A stretch of 62,235 nt of DNA, counting the filler, from Chiloscyllium plagiosum (lineage: Eukaryota), in the NCBI RefSeq assembly GCF_004010195.1. It is 4 parts of one record of this genome, joined end to end, with 100 filler letters (N's around TTAATTAATTAA, not from the genome) between each part and the next. Parts side by side here need not be neighbours in the genome. Positions count along the whole stretch, not along the records: positions 15,622 to 26,563 come from NC_057715.1; positions 26,664 to 57,759 come from NC_057715.1; 2 more parts are not named here. One strand, given 5' to 3'. The position numbers were made by a program, and so were the translations under genes. Shown here piece by piece: positions 24,314-37,888 of this stretch (the stretch's first letter is position 1; every line of letters begins with the position of its first letter). The notes under the pieces were generated by a model. That model saw only the letters and a program-made list of their open reading frames with translations. It did no database searches and was not told where the DNA came from.

Positions 24314-26058
24314 AGAACATAGAACAGTACAGCACAGTACAGGGCCTTTGACCCTTGATGTTGTGTAACCTTTTATCTGACTCTAAGATCAAACTAACCT
24401 ACATACCCTTCATTTTGCTATCATCAATGTGCCTATCCAAGAGTTACTTAAATGTCTCTAATGTATCTGACTCTACTACCACTGCCGGCAACGCATTCCA
24501 CACATCCACCACTCTCTGTGTAAAGAACTGACCTCTGACATCTCCCCTAACCCTTCCTCCAATCACTTTAAAAATATGTTCCTTTTGACAGTCATTTCCA
24601 CCCTGAGAGAAAGTCTCTGGCTATCCACTCTACCTGTGCCTTTCATCATCTTGTACACGTCTATCAAGTCACCACTCATCTTTCTTCACTCCAATGAGAA
24701 AAGGCTCACCTCCCTCAATCTTTCTTCATAAGACATGCCCTCCAGTCCAGGCAGCATCCTGGTAAATCTCCTCTACACCTTCTCTAAAGCTTCCACATCC
24801 TTCCTATAATGAGGTGCCCAGAACTGAACACAATATTCCAAGTGTGGTCTAACCAGGGACTCTACAGAGCTGCAGCTAACCTCATGGTTCTTAAACTCAA
24901 TCCCCCTGCTAATGAAAGCCAAGACATCATACGCCTTCTTAACAACCCTATCAACCTGGGTGGCAATATTGAGGGATCTATGCACATGGAGCCCAAGATC
25001 CCACACTACCAAGAATCCTGCCTTTTAACCCTGTATTCTGCATTCAAATTCAACCTTCCAAAATGAATTAATTCACACTTTTCCAGGTTGAACTCCATCT
25101 GCCACTTAACACCTCAGCTCTGCATCCTGTCAAGGTTCCGTTGCAACCTTCAACAGACCTCTGCACTATCCACAACTCCATCAACCTTCATGTCATTGGC
25201 AAACTTACTAACCCACCCTTCCAATTTCTCATCCAAGTTATTTATAAAAATCACAAAGAGAGCAGAGATCCCAGAACTGATCCCTGCAGAACGCCGCTGT
25301 CACTGAGGTCACAGGCCAAATGCATTCCCTCTACTACCACCCTCTGTCTTCCATGGGCAAGCCAATTCAGTATCCAGGTAGCCAAATCTCTCTGTACCCC
25401 ATGCCTCCTTACCTCCTGAATGAGCCTACCATGGGGAACCTTAACAAATGCCTCACTAAAATCCATATTCACTGCTCGAGCTTCATCAATATGTTTTGTC
25501 ACACCCTTAAAGAATTCAATAAGACTAATGAGGCATGACACAAAACCATGCTATTTCAATCAAACTATGCTTTTCCAAATAAGCATAAATCCTGTCTCTC
25601 AGAATTCTCCCCAGTAATTTGCCCTCCACCACATAAGACTAACTGGTCTGTAGTTCCCAGGATTATCCCTATTCCCTTTCTTGAACAAGGGAATAACATT
25701 TGCCACCCTCCAATCGACTGATACTACTCCAGCGGATAGTGAGGACACAAAGATTATCGCCAAAGGCGCAACTATCCCTTCCCTTGTCTCCTGTAATAAC
25801 CTTGGGTACATCCCGCCTGGCCCAGGGAACTTACCAATCCTCATGTTTTTCAAAATTTCCAGCACATCCTCCTTCTTAATAGCAACATGTTTGTGCATAT
25901 CAGCCTATGTCCGCTGTCCTCACAAACAACAAGGTCCCTCTCAGTAGTGAACACTGAAGCAAAGTATTCATTAAAGACCTCCCCTACCTCTTCTGACTCC
26001 AGACACAACTTCCCTCCTCTATCCCTGATCAGCCCTACCTTCACTCTGGCTATCCTCT
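24314..26058 (-). mobile_element. CR1 LINE fragment (RT to 3' end)
   Basis: PGPGGMYPRLL, WRVANVIPLFKKG..NYRPVSL, MDFSEAFVKVPH, SGVLQGSVLG, LEYCVQFW. Confidence 0.93.
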
Positions 26059-26563
26059 TAGAACATAGAACAATACAGCACAGAACAGGCCCTTCAGCCC
26101 ACGATGTTGTGCCGAACATTTGTCCTAGCTTAAGCACCTATCCATGTACCTATCCAATTGCCGCTTAAAGGTCGCCAATGATTCTGACTCTGCCACTCCC
26201 ACAGGCAGCGCATTCCATGCCCACACCACTCTCTGGGTAAAGAACCTACCCCTGACATCTCCCCTATACCTTCCACCCTTCACCTTAAATTTATGTCCCC
26301 TTGTAACACTCTGTTGTACCCGGGGAAAAAGTCTCTGACTGTCTACTCTATCTATTCCCCTAATCATCTTATAAACCTCTATCAAGTCAACCCTCATCCT
26401 TCGCCGTTCCAATGAGAAAAGACCGAGAACTCTCAACCTATCCTCGTACGACCTATTCTCCATTCCAGGCAACATCCTAGTAAATCTCCTCTGCATCCTC
26501 TCCAAAGCTTCCACATCTTTCCTAAAGTGAGGCGACCAGAACTGCACACAGTACTCCAAAGGT
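26059..26563 (-). mobile_element. Younger CR1 3' end
   Basis: Uninterrupted ORF 26125-26559 (EYCVQFWSP...FFTQRVV..WNALP); TATGTTCT tail. Confidence 0.93.
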
Positions 26564-26663
26564 NNNNNNNNNNNNNNNNNNNNNNNNNNNNNNNNNNNNN
26601 NNNNNNNTTAATTAATTAANNNNNNNNNNNNNNNNNNNNNNNNNNNNNNNNNNNNNNNNNNNN

Positions 26664-26845
26664 CCTGTGTACCCCCTCATCTGCCTGTGTACCCCCTCAT
26701 CTACCTGTGTACCCCCCTTATCTACCTGTTATCCCCCTCATCTGCCTGTGTACCCCCTCATCTACCTGTGTATCTCCCCATCTACCTGTGTATGCCCCCC
26801 AATGTGAGGGGATACACAGGTAGATGAGGGGGATATACAGGCAGA
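26664..26845. repeat. 20-bp tandem repeat (CCTGTGTACCCCCTCATCTR)n ending in inverted copies
   Basis: About seven direct units, then GGGGATACACAGGTAGATGAGGGGGGATATACAGGCAGA (reverse complement of the unit). Confidence 0.85.
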
Positions 26846-27548
26846 CCTTTGAGGGTCTGGGACACGTTGCCTGGAAATGTGATGATGACATGTCCAATTG
26901 AGATATTTCAGAAGGCATTGAGTAATTATTTAAATAGAAACAGTGTTGAGCATTATGGAGAAAAGGGAGGAGATTGGCATTAAGTTAAACTGGTCAGAGA
27001 GCCATGATAGGTGCAATGGGCCAAGAGATCTTTTTTACATTGTAGCAATTCAGTTATTCTGTGATGTTCACTCAAGAGGACGTTTGGAGAATTAAGGTTA
27101 GTACATGGGTACAGTGAAAGATTTACAAGTCGCCACATACAACACCATCTTAGCTCCAAGTTACCTCGGTACAGATTCTGAAATGCAAATTCTGAGGAAA
27201 ACAAATTAGAAAAATAAAGAAATAAAAGGTCCAGCATTATAGACCGCAGGAAAATATTAGAAAAACAGAGACAGAAAAAGTTCAGAACAGCAGTCCTTCC
27301 AATCCAGTCCACACTGACATGGATCCCACAGGTGGGTGGAGTGATCAAACAATCCCAGCATTTCTGAGCTTCTCCTAACTTGTGCTGCAGCAAATCTGGG
27401 ATAAAGAGAAATTCTGTATCTTGTCGCTAAGCATCAACAGCAAACAGTTTGAAAAGACAAGAATGCAGAGGTGAAGAAGTGGGCCACATGCTGTGAAGAG
27501 ACTAGTTACTAAGACAGTAAATATACAATGAAACATAACCATTGACCT

Positions 27549-27665
27549 AGGCAAAAGTGAGGACTGCAGATGCTAGGAACCAGAGTCTAGATTAAAGTGG
27601 TGCTGGAAAAGCACAGCAGGTCAGGCAGCATCCGAGGAAAATTGACGTTTCCTTCTTCAGGAATA
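27549..27665 (-). mobile_element. PLE hammerhead module with stem II deleted
   Basis: AAAAGTGAGGACTGCAGATGC...GACGTTTC-CTTCTTCAGGAAT. Confidence 0.8.
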
Positions 27666-28371
27666 ACAACAGACCTGGCATCTTCAATGTGTAAATGTTG
27701 GAAAGAATCCTATTCTTGTCAGTCTGCATTAAGTATCTATTCAATTCTTTAACATGAATATTTGTCCCTTTCCAAGCTCTTAATTTTTACTTGTTCTTAA
27801 TCTACACAGCTCCTAATCTACACTGACTGATGCAGTCCCGAATCTACACTGACTGATGCAGCCCTTAATCTACTCTAACTGATATTGTAACTCGGTTGAT
27901 TGAGCATGGAATATCTTCCATGGTATATAGCATAGCGCCGCCAAACAGTCAAAACATTTATGTGCTAAAAGTTCACTTGCACCTGCTTTCAAAAAGTGAT
28001 GTTGTGATTTGGATGCTGTTCCTGTTGAGACAGGCAGTGAATAAACTTCATGCTCTGTCTTATCTGAATGACTGTATCGTTGAGCTCAGTGCAGCCTGCA
28101 CTGCTGGCTGGGTGTTGACTCAACATGAGGCTGACTGTGTGCAGGGTTAGCAAGTCTCCCAACTGACCTTGTGCTCTTAAAGGGTGACTGCACTGAATGA
28201 CAGGAGATGTTGCTAACTGCCTCTGTTGTGGCTGGAAAGAATGCTAGGACAGAGAGAGGTCTCTGTCATTCTTGGATAAAGTGGGAGCTGAATTATGTAC
28301 AAAGCTGAGTTAATCCACTGCCAGGACTGAAGGCGGGACCTAAGCTGATGCAGACAAGGAGTGGGATCTTC

Positions 28372-28642
28372 ATAGAATCCCTACAGTGCAGAAAGAGACT
28401 ATTCGGCTCATCGAGACCACATTGACCCTCCAAAGAGCATCCCACCCAGACACAGCCCCCTACCCTATCCCTCTAACCCTACATTTAGCTTGGCCAATCC
28501 ACCCTAGCCAGCACAGCTTTGGACTGTAGGAGATACAGGGAGAAGGTGCAAGCTCCACACAGAGTGTCGCCTGAGGTTGGAATCGAACCTGGATCCCTAG
28601 CACTGCGAGACAGCAGTGCTAACCACTGAGCCACTGTGCCAA
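28372..28642 (-). mobile_element. HE1-type SINE
   Basis: GGCACAGTGGCTCAGTGGTTAGCACTG...GGTTCGATTCC head on the minus strand. Confidence 0.85.
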
Positions 28643-29391
28643 GTGATGTGTTACTGTGACTGGCCAATGAAGAGGCTGTCAGTGGGTGTGCTGTCCATTG
28701 GAAGCAGGTAGCTCACCTTCCAGAAACACTGACCCAATGAGAGGATGGCAGCGCAGCAACATCCATTAGAGGGGGGGGGGGTCACTCCTGAAATGGTAGG
28801 AAAGAAGTGAAGGATGTTGCCATGTTAAGGTGGCCTCAGTATAGTGATAATCTTGTAGCTTACTGTGCTGGGATAAGGCTGGCAGGCCCCAAAGACCTAG
28901 CTTCCAGTAATAAGGTCACAGCTATTTGTGGGTGCTGGAACCATTAATCCAGGAAGTGATAATAAGATAGAGTCCCAGCTTTAAGGGTGACAGAGTTTTC
29001 AGCCTGTGTTTAGGGTTGACAGAGTTTTCAGCCTGTGTTTAGGGTTGGACCACCTCTGTTACTTTTTTGCTGTGACTTTTCTTCAGTTGTTTTCCCTTCT
29101 TGTGGTCTTGAGAAGTTACACTTATCTTGAGTTTCTGTTTTAAAATATCTGTTTGTAGCCTTGACCCTCCAACAATCCTGCTGGAATGCCCCATTATTTG
29201 GTGGTCTTGCTGTATAACTGAGTAAAGGCAATTCTCAGTCTGCCTTCTTACATTTTTGTGACTTCACAGTCTTGAGCGATCTTCCTGCCTCTCCATTCGA
29301 GTGAGGATTGAGTAAAAACCTTGTCAGTTGCTTGATGCCTGCCTCCAAAATGAACTTCACCAACTGAGGGACACAGTCCAACACTAATTAA

Positions 29392-29680
29392 TGGGGTGGT
29401 ATGGTCGCTCAGTGATTAGCACTGCTGCCTCACAGCACCAGGGACCCAGGTTCGATTCCAGCTTTAGGTGACTGTTTGTGTGGAGTTTGCATGTTCTCCC
29501 CTTGTCTGTGCAGGTTTCCTCCCACAGTCTAAAGATATGCAGGTCAGGTTAATTGCCCATAGTGCTAGGTGCGTTAATCAGAAGGAAATGGGTCTGGGTG
29601 TGTTACTCTTCAGAGGGTCGGTATGGACTTGTTGGGCCGAAGGGCCTGTTTCTACACTGTAGTCGATCTAATCTAATTTG
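29392..29680 (+). mobile_element. HE1-type SINE
   Basis: A/B boxes (GGTTCGATTCC); TCTAATCTAAT tail. Confidence 0.85.
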
Positions 29681-30183
29681 CTGGGAAAGCAGGTATAGCA
29701 GGAGCCTTCTCAGTGCATGTAGTCTGCTGAAGTTGAATGAAATCTTGCCATTTCAATCTATCTTGAACAATGTCATACAAAGACCAATATATCTTTACTC
29801 TAACATCAAACAAATCCATTGCTAGACTTTCCAATGTCTTTCTCGAAGTCTTGATGAAATCATTGGATCTATGATCACTTGGCTATGCATGGCAAAATGT
29901 AATCCAACATGCCTTTTGAAATAAAAACAGAAATTGCTGGAGAAAATCAGCAGGTCTAGCAGCATCTGTGGAGAGAGAAACAGAGTTAATGTTTCAGGTC
30001 CAGTGATCCTTTTTGTCCAGTGTTTAGTTCTATTTTCTTTTTCAAATGTCTGGCTGTCACATTAATTCACATTCTGTTTGGCACTTTGTGACTCTTAATT
30101 ATTCGCAGGGAGTTTCTGTGATATAACTATTTAATGGTCAAACACCAATAAATCCTCCATTACTATCAAGTGTTGTTTCTGTT

Positions 30184-30728
30184 TGAATTAGAATTAGAAT
30201 TAGTTTTATTGTCACATGTATCTAAATGGGTACAGTGAAACATGTGTTAATGCTTAAAGTACCATCTTAGGTACAAAGGTCCCCACGTACAGTTTCTTCA
30301 GTTACAGTTCTTTGAAAAATAGAGAAGTAAAAAGCCCAGCATTGCAGATTTTAGGAATAACTGATAAATGGAGAAAAAATAAGTTCAGCATAAAGTTCTT
30401 CCAACCCAGTCTATGCTGGCCCTCAGCCTCCAGGACTCACCCGGCCTTTAACCCAGAGCATGCCAGGGTTCATCCCAGGGTACCCAAGGCTAGGAGATCG
30501 CTCTGGAATCACCTGCCACGATGGGCCACTGGGAGATCGCCATGCTGGGCTGAGAGGACGTCTCATTGGGTCTGCATGGAGGCCAGGGGTTCGAGACCGG
30601 AAGGTTGAAGGCTGTGAGGACAAGCAGAGAGAAGAGAAAAAAAAGACAGAGAGAGAAAAAAAGACAAGGAACGGACTGACCAGACGAGCTCCAGCTAAAG
30701 CGCCCTACTCTGCCGCCATATTGGATCA
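30184..30728 (-). mobile_element. Short non-autonomous element with Rex1/Babar-like ends
   Basis: 5' CAATATGGCGGCAGAGTAGGGCG (YY1-like); 3' GTGACAATAAAA-(CTAATT)n; GC-rich middle. Confidence 0.55.
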
Positions 30729-31256
30729 ACATGGAGTGGTACTTTTTCAGCACTTGGTCTGTTGGACAATATTTCAGTCACCTTTGTAGACAGGATTGAC
30801 TTTGTGCACTCCTTGTCAGATTTCCGAGCTGCTCAAAGTTCGTTGTGTTTCCCCTCAGCTTCCAATACAATGTTCATCCATTGGCGTATTTAATTCTGAT
30901 TAGAATCATACGCATAGACAAACAGCACTTGGCCTATCATGCAACAGCTATCCTGTTAGCTTCCTAACCTTTTCCATTAGCCTTGCATTTATCCCCTTCA
31001 AATAATAGATCCTTTTTGTTTTTAAAAATTCCTGCTGAATTTGCCTCCACCAACCTTTAGTGGCTGTATGCTCCAAGACAATAATAACTTGCTGTGTAAG
31101 GCAATTCCTCCTCATCAGTCTTCTGTTTCTTTTTGCCAAATACCTTAATATAATAACTGTCCCAAACATTGTAAAACCAATCCAACCAGGTGAAAGAACT
31201 TTAATATAATGTCCGAATATGTTCTAAAAATCAGATAGAAATTTAGAATCAAAGGT

Positions 31257-32358
31257 CAGAGAATCATACAGCATGGAAACAAACCTTTCAGTCCAACTAG
31301 TCCACACTGACCACGTTCCCAAACTAAACTAATCCCACCTGCCTGCATTTGGCCTATATCCCTCTACACCTTTCCTATTCACGAACCTATCCAAATGATT
31401 TTTAAACATTGTAGCTGTACCTGCATCCACCACTTCCTCTGGTACTTCATTCCACGCGGAGAAAGTGAGGACTGCAGATGCTGGAGATCAGAGCTGAAAA
31501 TGTGTTGCTGGGAAAGCGCAGCAGGTCAGGCAGCATCCAAGGAGCAGGAGAATCGACGTTTCGGGCATGAGCCTGAAGAAGGGCTCATGCCCAAAACGTC
31601 GAATCTCCTGCTCCTTGGATGCTGCCTGACCAGCTGCGCTTTTCCAGCAACACATTTTCAGCTACTTCATTCCACGCACCAACCATGCTCTGTGTAACAA
31701 GATAGCCCTTCGTGTCCTTTTTAAACCTTTCTCCTCTTACCTTAAAAATATGCCCCTGGTTTTGAACTTCCCTAGCCATGGAAAAGACCTTTGCTATTCA
31801 CTTTATCTATGCCCTCCATGATTTTATAAACCTCTGTAAGATCACTCCTCCACCTCCTACTCTCCAGTATAAGAAAACCCAGCCGATCCAGCCTATTTGT
31901 ACAACTCAAACTCTCCATTCCTATCAACATCCTGGTAATCCTTTGCTGAACCATCTCCAGTTTAATAATACCTTTCCTATAACGGGACGACCACAACTGG
32001 ACACAGCACTCCAGAAGAGGTCTCACCAACGTCCTGTACAAACTCAACATGACATCTCTACTCCTGTACTCAATGGTCTGAGCAATGATGGCAAGTATGC
32101 TAAATGCCTTCTTCACTACCCTGTCTACCTATCACAGACTTCAAAGACTTACGTCCCTCAACCCCTGGGTCTGTCTGTTCTATAACACTACCCAGGGCCC
32201 TACCATTAACTGTATAGGTCCTGACCTTGTTTGTTTTACCAAAATGTAATACCTTGCACTTATCCAAATGAACCTCCATCTGCCACTCCTCAGCCCACTG
32301 ATCAAGATCTCTTTGTAATCTTAGATAACCTTGCTCACTGTCCACTATACCACCAACT
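31257..32358 (-). mobile_element. CR1 LINE 3' fragment
   Basis: WAEEWQMEV..KCKVLHFG and LYRTLVRPLLE motifs; 3' tail. Confidence 0.9.
31458..31662. mobile_element. Palindromic PLE hammerhead element
   Basis: 15-bp TSD TACTTCATTCCACGC (31443-31457, 31663-31677). Confidence 0.9.
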
Positions 32359-32747
32359 TACTATGGATGTCCTTCAGTTAGTAGCTGTAATTTCACCAGA
32401 AGCTTGGCAGATACTTTCTCCTGTCTCTATTGGGGCTTTTGACCTTTGTTCCGCACATACAGATCAATGATAAGAGTTTCTGAGGAAATTCACAGTGATT
32501 AATTCTGGAGTTATAGTATTAAGATGTTTGTTTCTGTTTATTACACAAAATCTGTGTCATTTATTTATTACATATAATTTGCATAATTTATTGGGTCACA
32601 AAATTGTGCACTGAAGCATTTTGTTCAGATTTATTTCAGACTACATTCACACCGAGGCACATCACTAAGCCCCAGGATTCCAGCTGACACACCAGTGTGG
32701 GTGGGAATGGATGCTGCATTGTTGGAAATTCTACCTTTCAGATGAGC

Positions 32748-33400
32748 TGTCTCCTTACTCTGTGTGAGGTTCCCACCTGCTTTAGGAAGACCAAGATCAT
32801 CCTAGTGCCAAAGAAAAATCTGGCAATGTGCCTTAATAACCACCGCCCAGTGGCTCTGACATCCATCATTATGAAGTGCTTCGAGTTGTTAGTAATGGCA
32901 CACAGCAACTCCACCTTCCAGACTGTTTTGATCCATTACAATTCATCTATCATCGCAATAGGTCAATGGCAGACACCATCTCCCTGGCCCTATGCTCATC
33001 CCTGGAACACCTGGATAACAAGGGCAAGACAGCGTACAGGAAAGAGCTAAACAGCTTAATGGCATGGTATAAAGACAATAATCACTCCCTCAATGTCAGC
33101 AAATGAAGGAGCTGGTCATTGACTTCAGAAAGTGGAGTGGAGGATATGCCCCTATCTGCATCAATGGTGCTGAGGTGGAGATGGTCAAGAGCCTCATGTT
33201 CCTGGGAGTAAATATCACCAACAATCGATCCTGGTCCCTCCACATTGATGCTACAGTCAAGGAAGCATACCAACACCTCTACTTTCTCAGAAGGTTATGA
33301 AAATTTGGCATGTCCACAATGACTCGTATCGATTTTTATAGATACAACATAGAGAGCATCCTATCCAGATGCAACACAGCTTGGTGTGGCAACTGCTTGG
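32748..33400 (+). mobile_element. Rex1/Babar LINE fragment with the RT core deleted
   Basis: [36 protein letters not shown] joined directly to TAYRKE, KELVIDFRK, LYFLRRL. Confidence 0.85.
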
Positions 33401-33859
33401 CATTTCTTTTTAGAGGTTCAGTCTCAAATGCAATCTTAACATTACCCAGAGTGTTCAGGCACCAATCCCCCTAATGTGACCCTCAGTAAGGAACACTGCT
33501 GTAGACATCTCAGCTTCTCTCACAATAGCAGTCTGACAACAGAAAAGGACAGTATCACCGGTAGCTGGGAACATTTAGAGGTTTGGTTCCATTTCACCAG
33601 GCAGCATATACAAGAACAAAGGGATTCCAGACTGTAAATACACTCATATTCACACCACACAAGTCTAAGGCAATGCCTAGCTCCAACAAGGCAGAATCTG
33701 TACACTGGAAATGCAATCACTGAATCTCCCAAAAATGTGAAATTGATTTAGTTTAGCAGGAGGAATTGGCAAGAAGCATATGATCGAAAGAGTGAGAGTG
33801 CCCGATTATGACGAATGAACTTGATGCGTGGCCAGCCACTTTGAGTGGGCACCCACAAT

Positions 33860-34892
33860 AGACAGTAGACAATAGGTGCAGGAGTAGACCATTCTGCCCT
33901 CCAAGCCTGCACCACCATTCAATATGATCGTGGCTGATCATCCTTAATCAGTATCCTGTTCCTACCTTATCTCCATAANNNNNNNNNNNNNNNNNNNNNN
34001 NNNNNNNNNNNNNNNNNNNNNNNNNNNNNNNNNNNNNNNNNNNNNNNNNNNNNNNNNNNNNNNNNNNNNNNNNNNNNNNNNNNNNNNNNNNNNNNNNNNN
34101 NNNNNNNNNNNNNNNNNNNNNNNNNNNNNNNNNNNNNNNNNNNNNNNNNNNNNNNNNNNNNNNNNNNNNNNNNNNNNNNNNNNNTCTTGCCACCAAGGTG
34201 GATAACCATACATTTATCCACATTAAACTGCATCTGCCATGCATCTGACCACTCACCTAACATGTCCACGTCACCCTGTAATCTCCTAACATCCTCCTCA
34301 CATTTCACCCTGCCACCCAGCTTAGTATCATCAGCAAATTTGCTAATGTTATTGCTAATACCATCTTCTATATCATTAATATATATTGTAAAAACGCTGC
34401 GGTCCCAGCATGGATCCCTGCGGTACCCCACTGGTCACCGCCTGCCATTCCGAAATTGATCACTTATTTATCACTACTCTTTCTTTCCTGTCAGCCAACT
34501 AACTTTCAATCCAAGTTAGTATTTTGCCCCCAATACCATGCACCCTAATTTTGCTCACTAACCTCCTATGTGGGACTTTATCAAAAGCTTTCTGAAAGCC
34601 CAGGTACACTACATCTACTGGATCTCCCTCGTCCATCTTCAGAGTTACATCCTCAAGAAATTCCAGAAGATTAGTCAAGCATGATTTCCCCTTCATAAAT
34701 CCATGCTGACTCTGACCTATTCTGTTACTACTATCCAGATGTGTCATAATTTCATCTTTTATAATAGACTCCAGTATCTTTCCCACCACTGAGGTCAGAC
34801 TAATTGGTCTATAATTTCCTGCTTTCTCTCTCCCACCTTTCTTAATAAGTGGTACAACATTAGCCACCCTCCAATCCGCAGGAACTGATCCC
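33860..34892 (-). mobile_element. CR1 LINE RT fragment spanning a gap
   Basis: WRVANVVPLIKKG..NYRPISLTS, SQHGFMKGKSCLTNL, KAFDKVPH, KFADDTK. Confidence 0.93.
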
Positions 34893-35274
34893 AAATCTAT
34901 CTGACTAAGAACATTGAGCTCATGAAGGGACCCACATAGTCGACATGTAACCGAGTCCAGGGTATACCTGCCAATGCCCATGAATGAGGGGGAGCTGCTG
35001 GAGGTAAGTTCTTTCCTTCGGGTACTCTGGGCTCAGCCCCACCAACGTAACTGTGACTATATCCAATCCTGGCCTCCAGACATAACTTCTCATCAATATC
35101 TTCATTTTGAAAACTCCTGAATGGCCCTGCTGGATTCCAGCCAGTATCTGGCAGCAACCTTTGCTCCGGACAGTCACTCTTGCTCTTCATAATAACATTC
35201 CGTCCTCAACTCTGATCTGGTCTCTCCGTGTCCAAAAAGATTTCAATTCTGGTTGTGTCGGTCCTTTGGATTAT

Positions 35275-37675
35275 CCCATCATCAGTGGAAAGTTGTGTGT
35301 GGAGTTGGAGTGGAAAATTGTGTGTGGAGTCCGAGGAGATAGGGGAAACACTAAATGGATATTTTTCGTCAGTATTCTCACTGGAAAAAAACAATGTTAT
35401 CGAGGAGAATACTGAGATACAGACTACTAAACTAGGCGGGATTGACATTCACAAGAAGGAGGTGTTAGCAATTCTGATACGTGTGAAAATAGATAAGTTC
35501 CCTGGGCCGGATGGGATTTATCCTCAGATTCCCTGGGAAGCCAGGGAGGAGATTGCAGAGCCTTTGGCTTGGATCTTTATGTCATCATTGTCTACAGGAA
35601 TGGTACCAGAAGACTGGAGGAAAAGCAAATGTTGTCTCCTTGTTCAAGAAGGTGGGTAGAGACAACCCTGATAATTATAGACCAGTAAGTCTTACTTCAG
35701 TTATGGGTAAAGTGTTGGAAAAGGTTATAAGAGATAGGATTATAATCACCTTGAGAGGAATAACTTCATTAGGATAGTCAACACACGGTTTTGTGAAGGG
35801 TAGGTTGTGCCTCACAAACCTATTGAGTTCTTTGAGAAGGTGACAAAACAGGTGGATGAGGGTGAAGCGATTGATGTGGTGTATATGGATTTCAGTAAAG
35901 CGTTTGATAAGGTTCCCCAAGGTAGGCTATTGCACAAAATACAGAGGCATGGGATTGAGGGTGATTTACCTGTTTGGATCAGAAATTGGCTTGCTGAAAG
36001 AAGACAGGGGGTGGTGGTTAATGGGAAATATTCATCTTGGAGTTCAGTTACTAGTGGTGTACCGCAAGGATCTGTTTTGGGGCCACTGCTGTTTATCATT
36101 TTTATAAATGATAAACGGTGGCACGGTGGCACAGTGGTTAGCACTGCTGCCTCACAGCGTCAGAGACCCAGGTTCAATTCCCAACTCAGGCGACTGACTG
36201 TGTGGAGTTTGCACATTCTCCCCGTGTCTGCGTGGGTTTTCTCCGGGTGCTCCGGTTTCCTCCCACAGCCCAAAGATGTGCAGGTCAGGTGAATTGGCCA
36301 TGCTAAATTGCCCGTAGTGTTACGTTAAAAGGGGTAAATGTATGGGTGGGTTGCGCTTCGGCGGGTCGGTGTGGACTTGTTGGGCCAAAGGGCCTGTTTC
36401 CACACTGTAAGTAATCTAATCTGTAAGTAATCTAATCTAAATGACCTAAATGAGGGCGTAGTAGGATGGGTTAGTAAATTTGCGAATGGCACTAATGTAG
36501 GCAGAGTTGTGGAAAGTGCAGAAGGATGTTGTGGGTTGCAGAGAGACAAAGATACGATGCAGAGCTGGGCTGAGAAGTAAAATACAGAGGCATGGGATTG
36601 AGGGTGATTTACCTGATTGGATCAGAAATTGGCTTGCTGAAAGAAGACAGGGGGTGGTGGTTAATGGGAAATATTCATCTTGGAGTTCAGTTACTAGTGG
36701 TGTACTGCAAGGATCTGTTTTGGGGCCACTGCTGTTTATCATTTTTATAAATGACCTAAATGAGGGCGTAGTAGGATGGGTTAGTAAATTTGCGAATGGC
36801 ACGAAGGTCGGTAGAGTTGTGGATAGTGCCGAAGGATGTTGCAGGTTACGGACGGACATAGATAAGCTGCAGAGCTGGGCTGAGAGGAGGCAAATGGAGT
36901 TCCATGCGGAAAAGAGTGAGGTGATTCTCTTTGGAAGGAGCAACAGGAATACAGAGTACTGGGCTAATGTAAGATTTTTGGTAGCTTAAATGAACAAGAG
37001 ATCTCAGTGTCCATTTACATAGATCCCTGAAAGTCGCTACCCAGGTTGATAGGTTTGTTAAGGAGGCATATGGTATGTTAGCTTTTATTGGTAGAGGGAT
37101 TGAGTTTCAGACCCATGAGGTCATGCTGCAGCTGTACAAAACTCTGGTGCGGTCACATTTGGAGTATTGCGTACAGTTCTGGTCACCGCATTATAGGAGG
37201 GATGTGGAAGCTTTGGAAAGGGTTCAGAGGAGATTTACTAGGATGTTGCCTGCTATGGAGGGAAGGTCTTATGAGGAAAGGCTAAGGGACTTGAGGCTGT
37301 TTTCTTTAGGGAGAAAAAGGTTAAGAGGTGACTTAATTGAGACATATAAGATAATCAGAGAGTTAGATAGGGTGGACAATGAGAGCCTTTTTGCTTGGAT
37401 GGTGATGGCTAGCATGAGGGGACATAGCTTTAAATATTAGGGTGATAGATATAGCACAGGTGTCAGAGGTAGTTTCTTTACTCAGAGAGTAGTAGGGGCA
37501 TGGATCGCACTGTCTGCAACAGTAGTAGAGTCACCAACTTTAAGGGCATTTAAATGGTCATTGGATAAACATATGGATGAAAGTGGAACAGTGTAGGATA
37601 GGCTTCAGATTAGTTCCACAACATTGAGGGCCGAAGGGCCCGTACTGTGCTGTAAAGTTCTATGTTCTGTGTTCT
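35275..37675 (+). mobile_element. CR1 LINE inserted in the Gypsy pol gene, with an internal duplication
   Basis: [65 protein letters not shown] tail. Confidence 0.95.
36112..36437 (+). mobile_element. Young HE1-type SINE
   Basis: TAAATGA TSD (36105-36111, 36438-36444); (AATCT)n tail; an empty site is present in the duplicate copy at ~36747. Confidence 0.92.
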
Positions 37676-37751
37676 ATCACCTGCTATTTCAGTTTTGCCA
37701 GGAGCAGAACTTTCTGCATTCAAAGTCTGATGTTGTCAGCTGTGACTGGAA

Positions 37752-37888
37752 CTGTTAGAGACAAAAAAACTGCAGATGCTGGAATCCTAAGTAGACAGGC
37801 AAGAGGCTGGAAGAACACAGCAAGCCAGGGAACATGAGGAGGTGGTGAAGGCAACGTTTCAGGTGTAACATTTGATGCTGCCTGGCTT
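37752..37888. mobile_element. Short PLE-like insertion in Gypsy pol
   Basis: GCTGTGACTGGAA duplicated at 37739-37751 and 37889-37901; CTGCAGATGCTGG start. Confidence 0.65.

Noticed and set aside
27797..29050. Small tandem duplications (26-bp at ~27815-27880, 29-bp at ~28983-29047)
   Set aside because: Ordinary local slippage duplications with no further structure.
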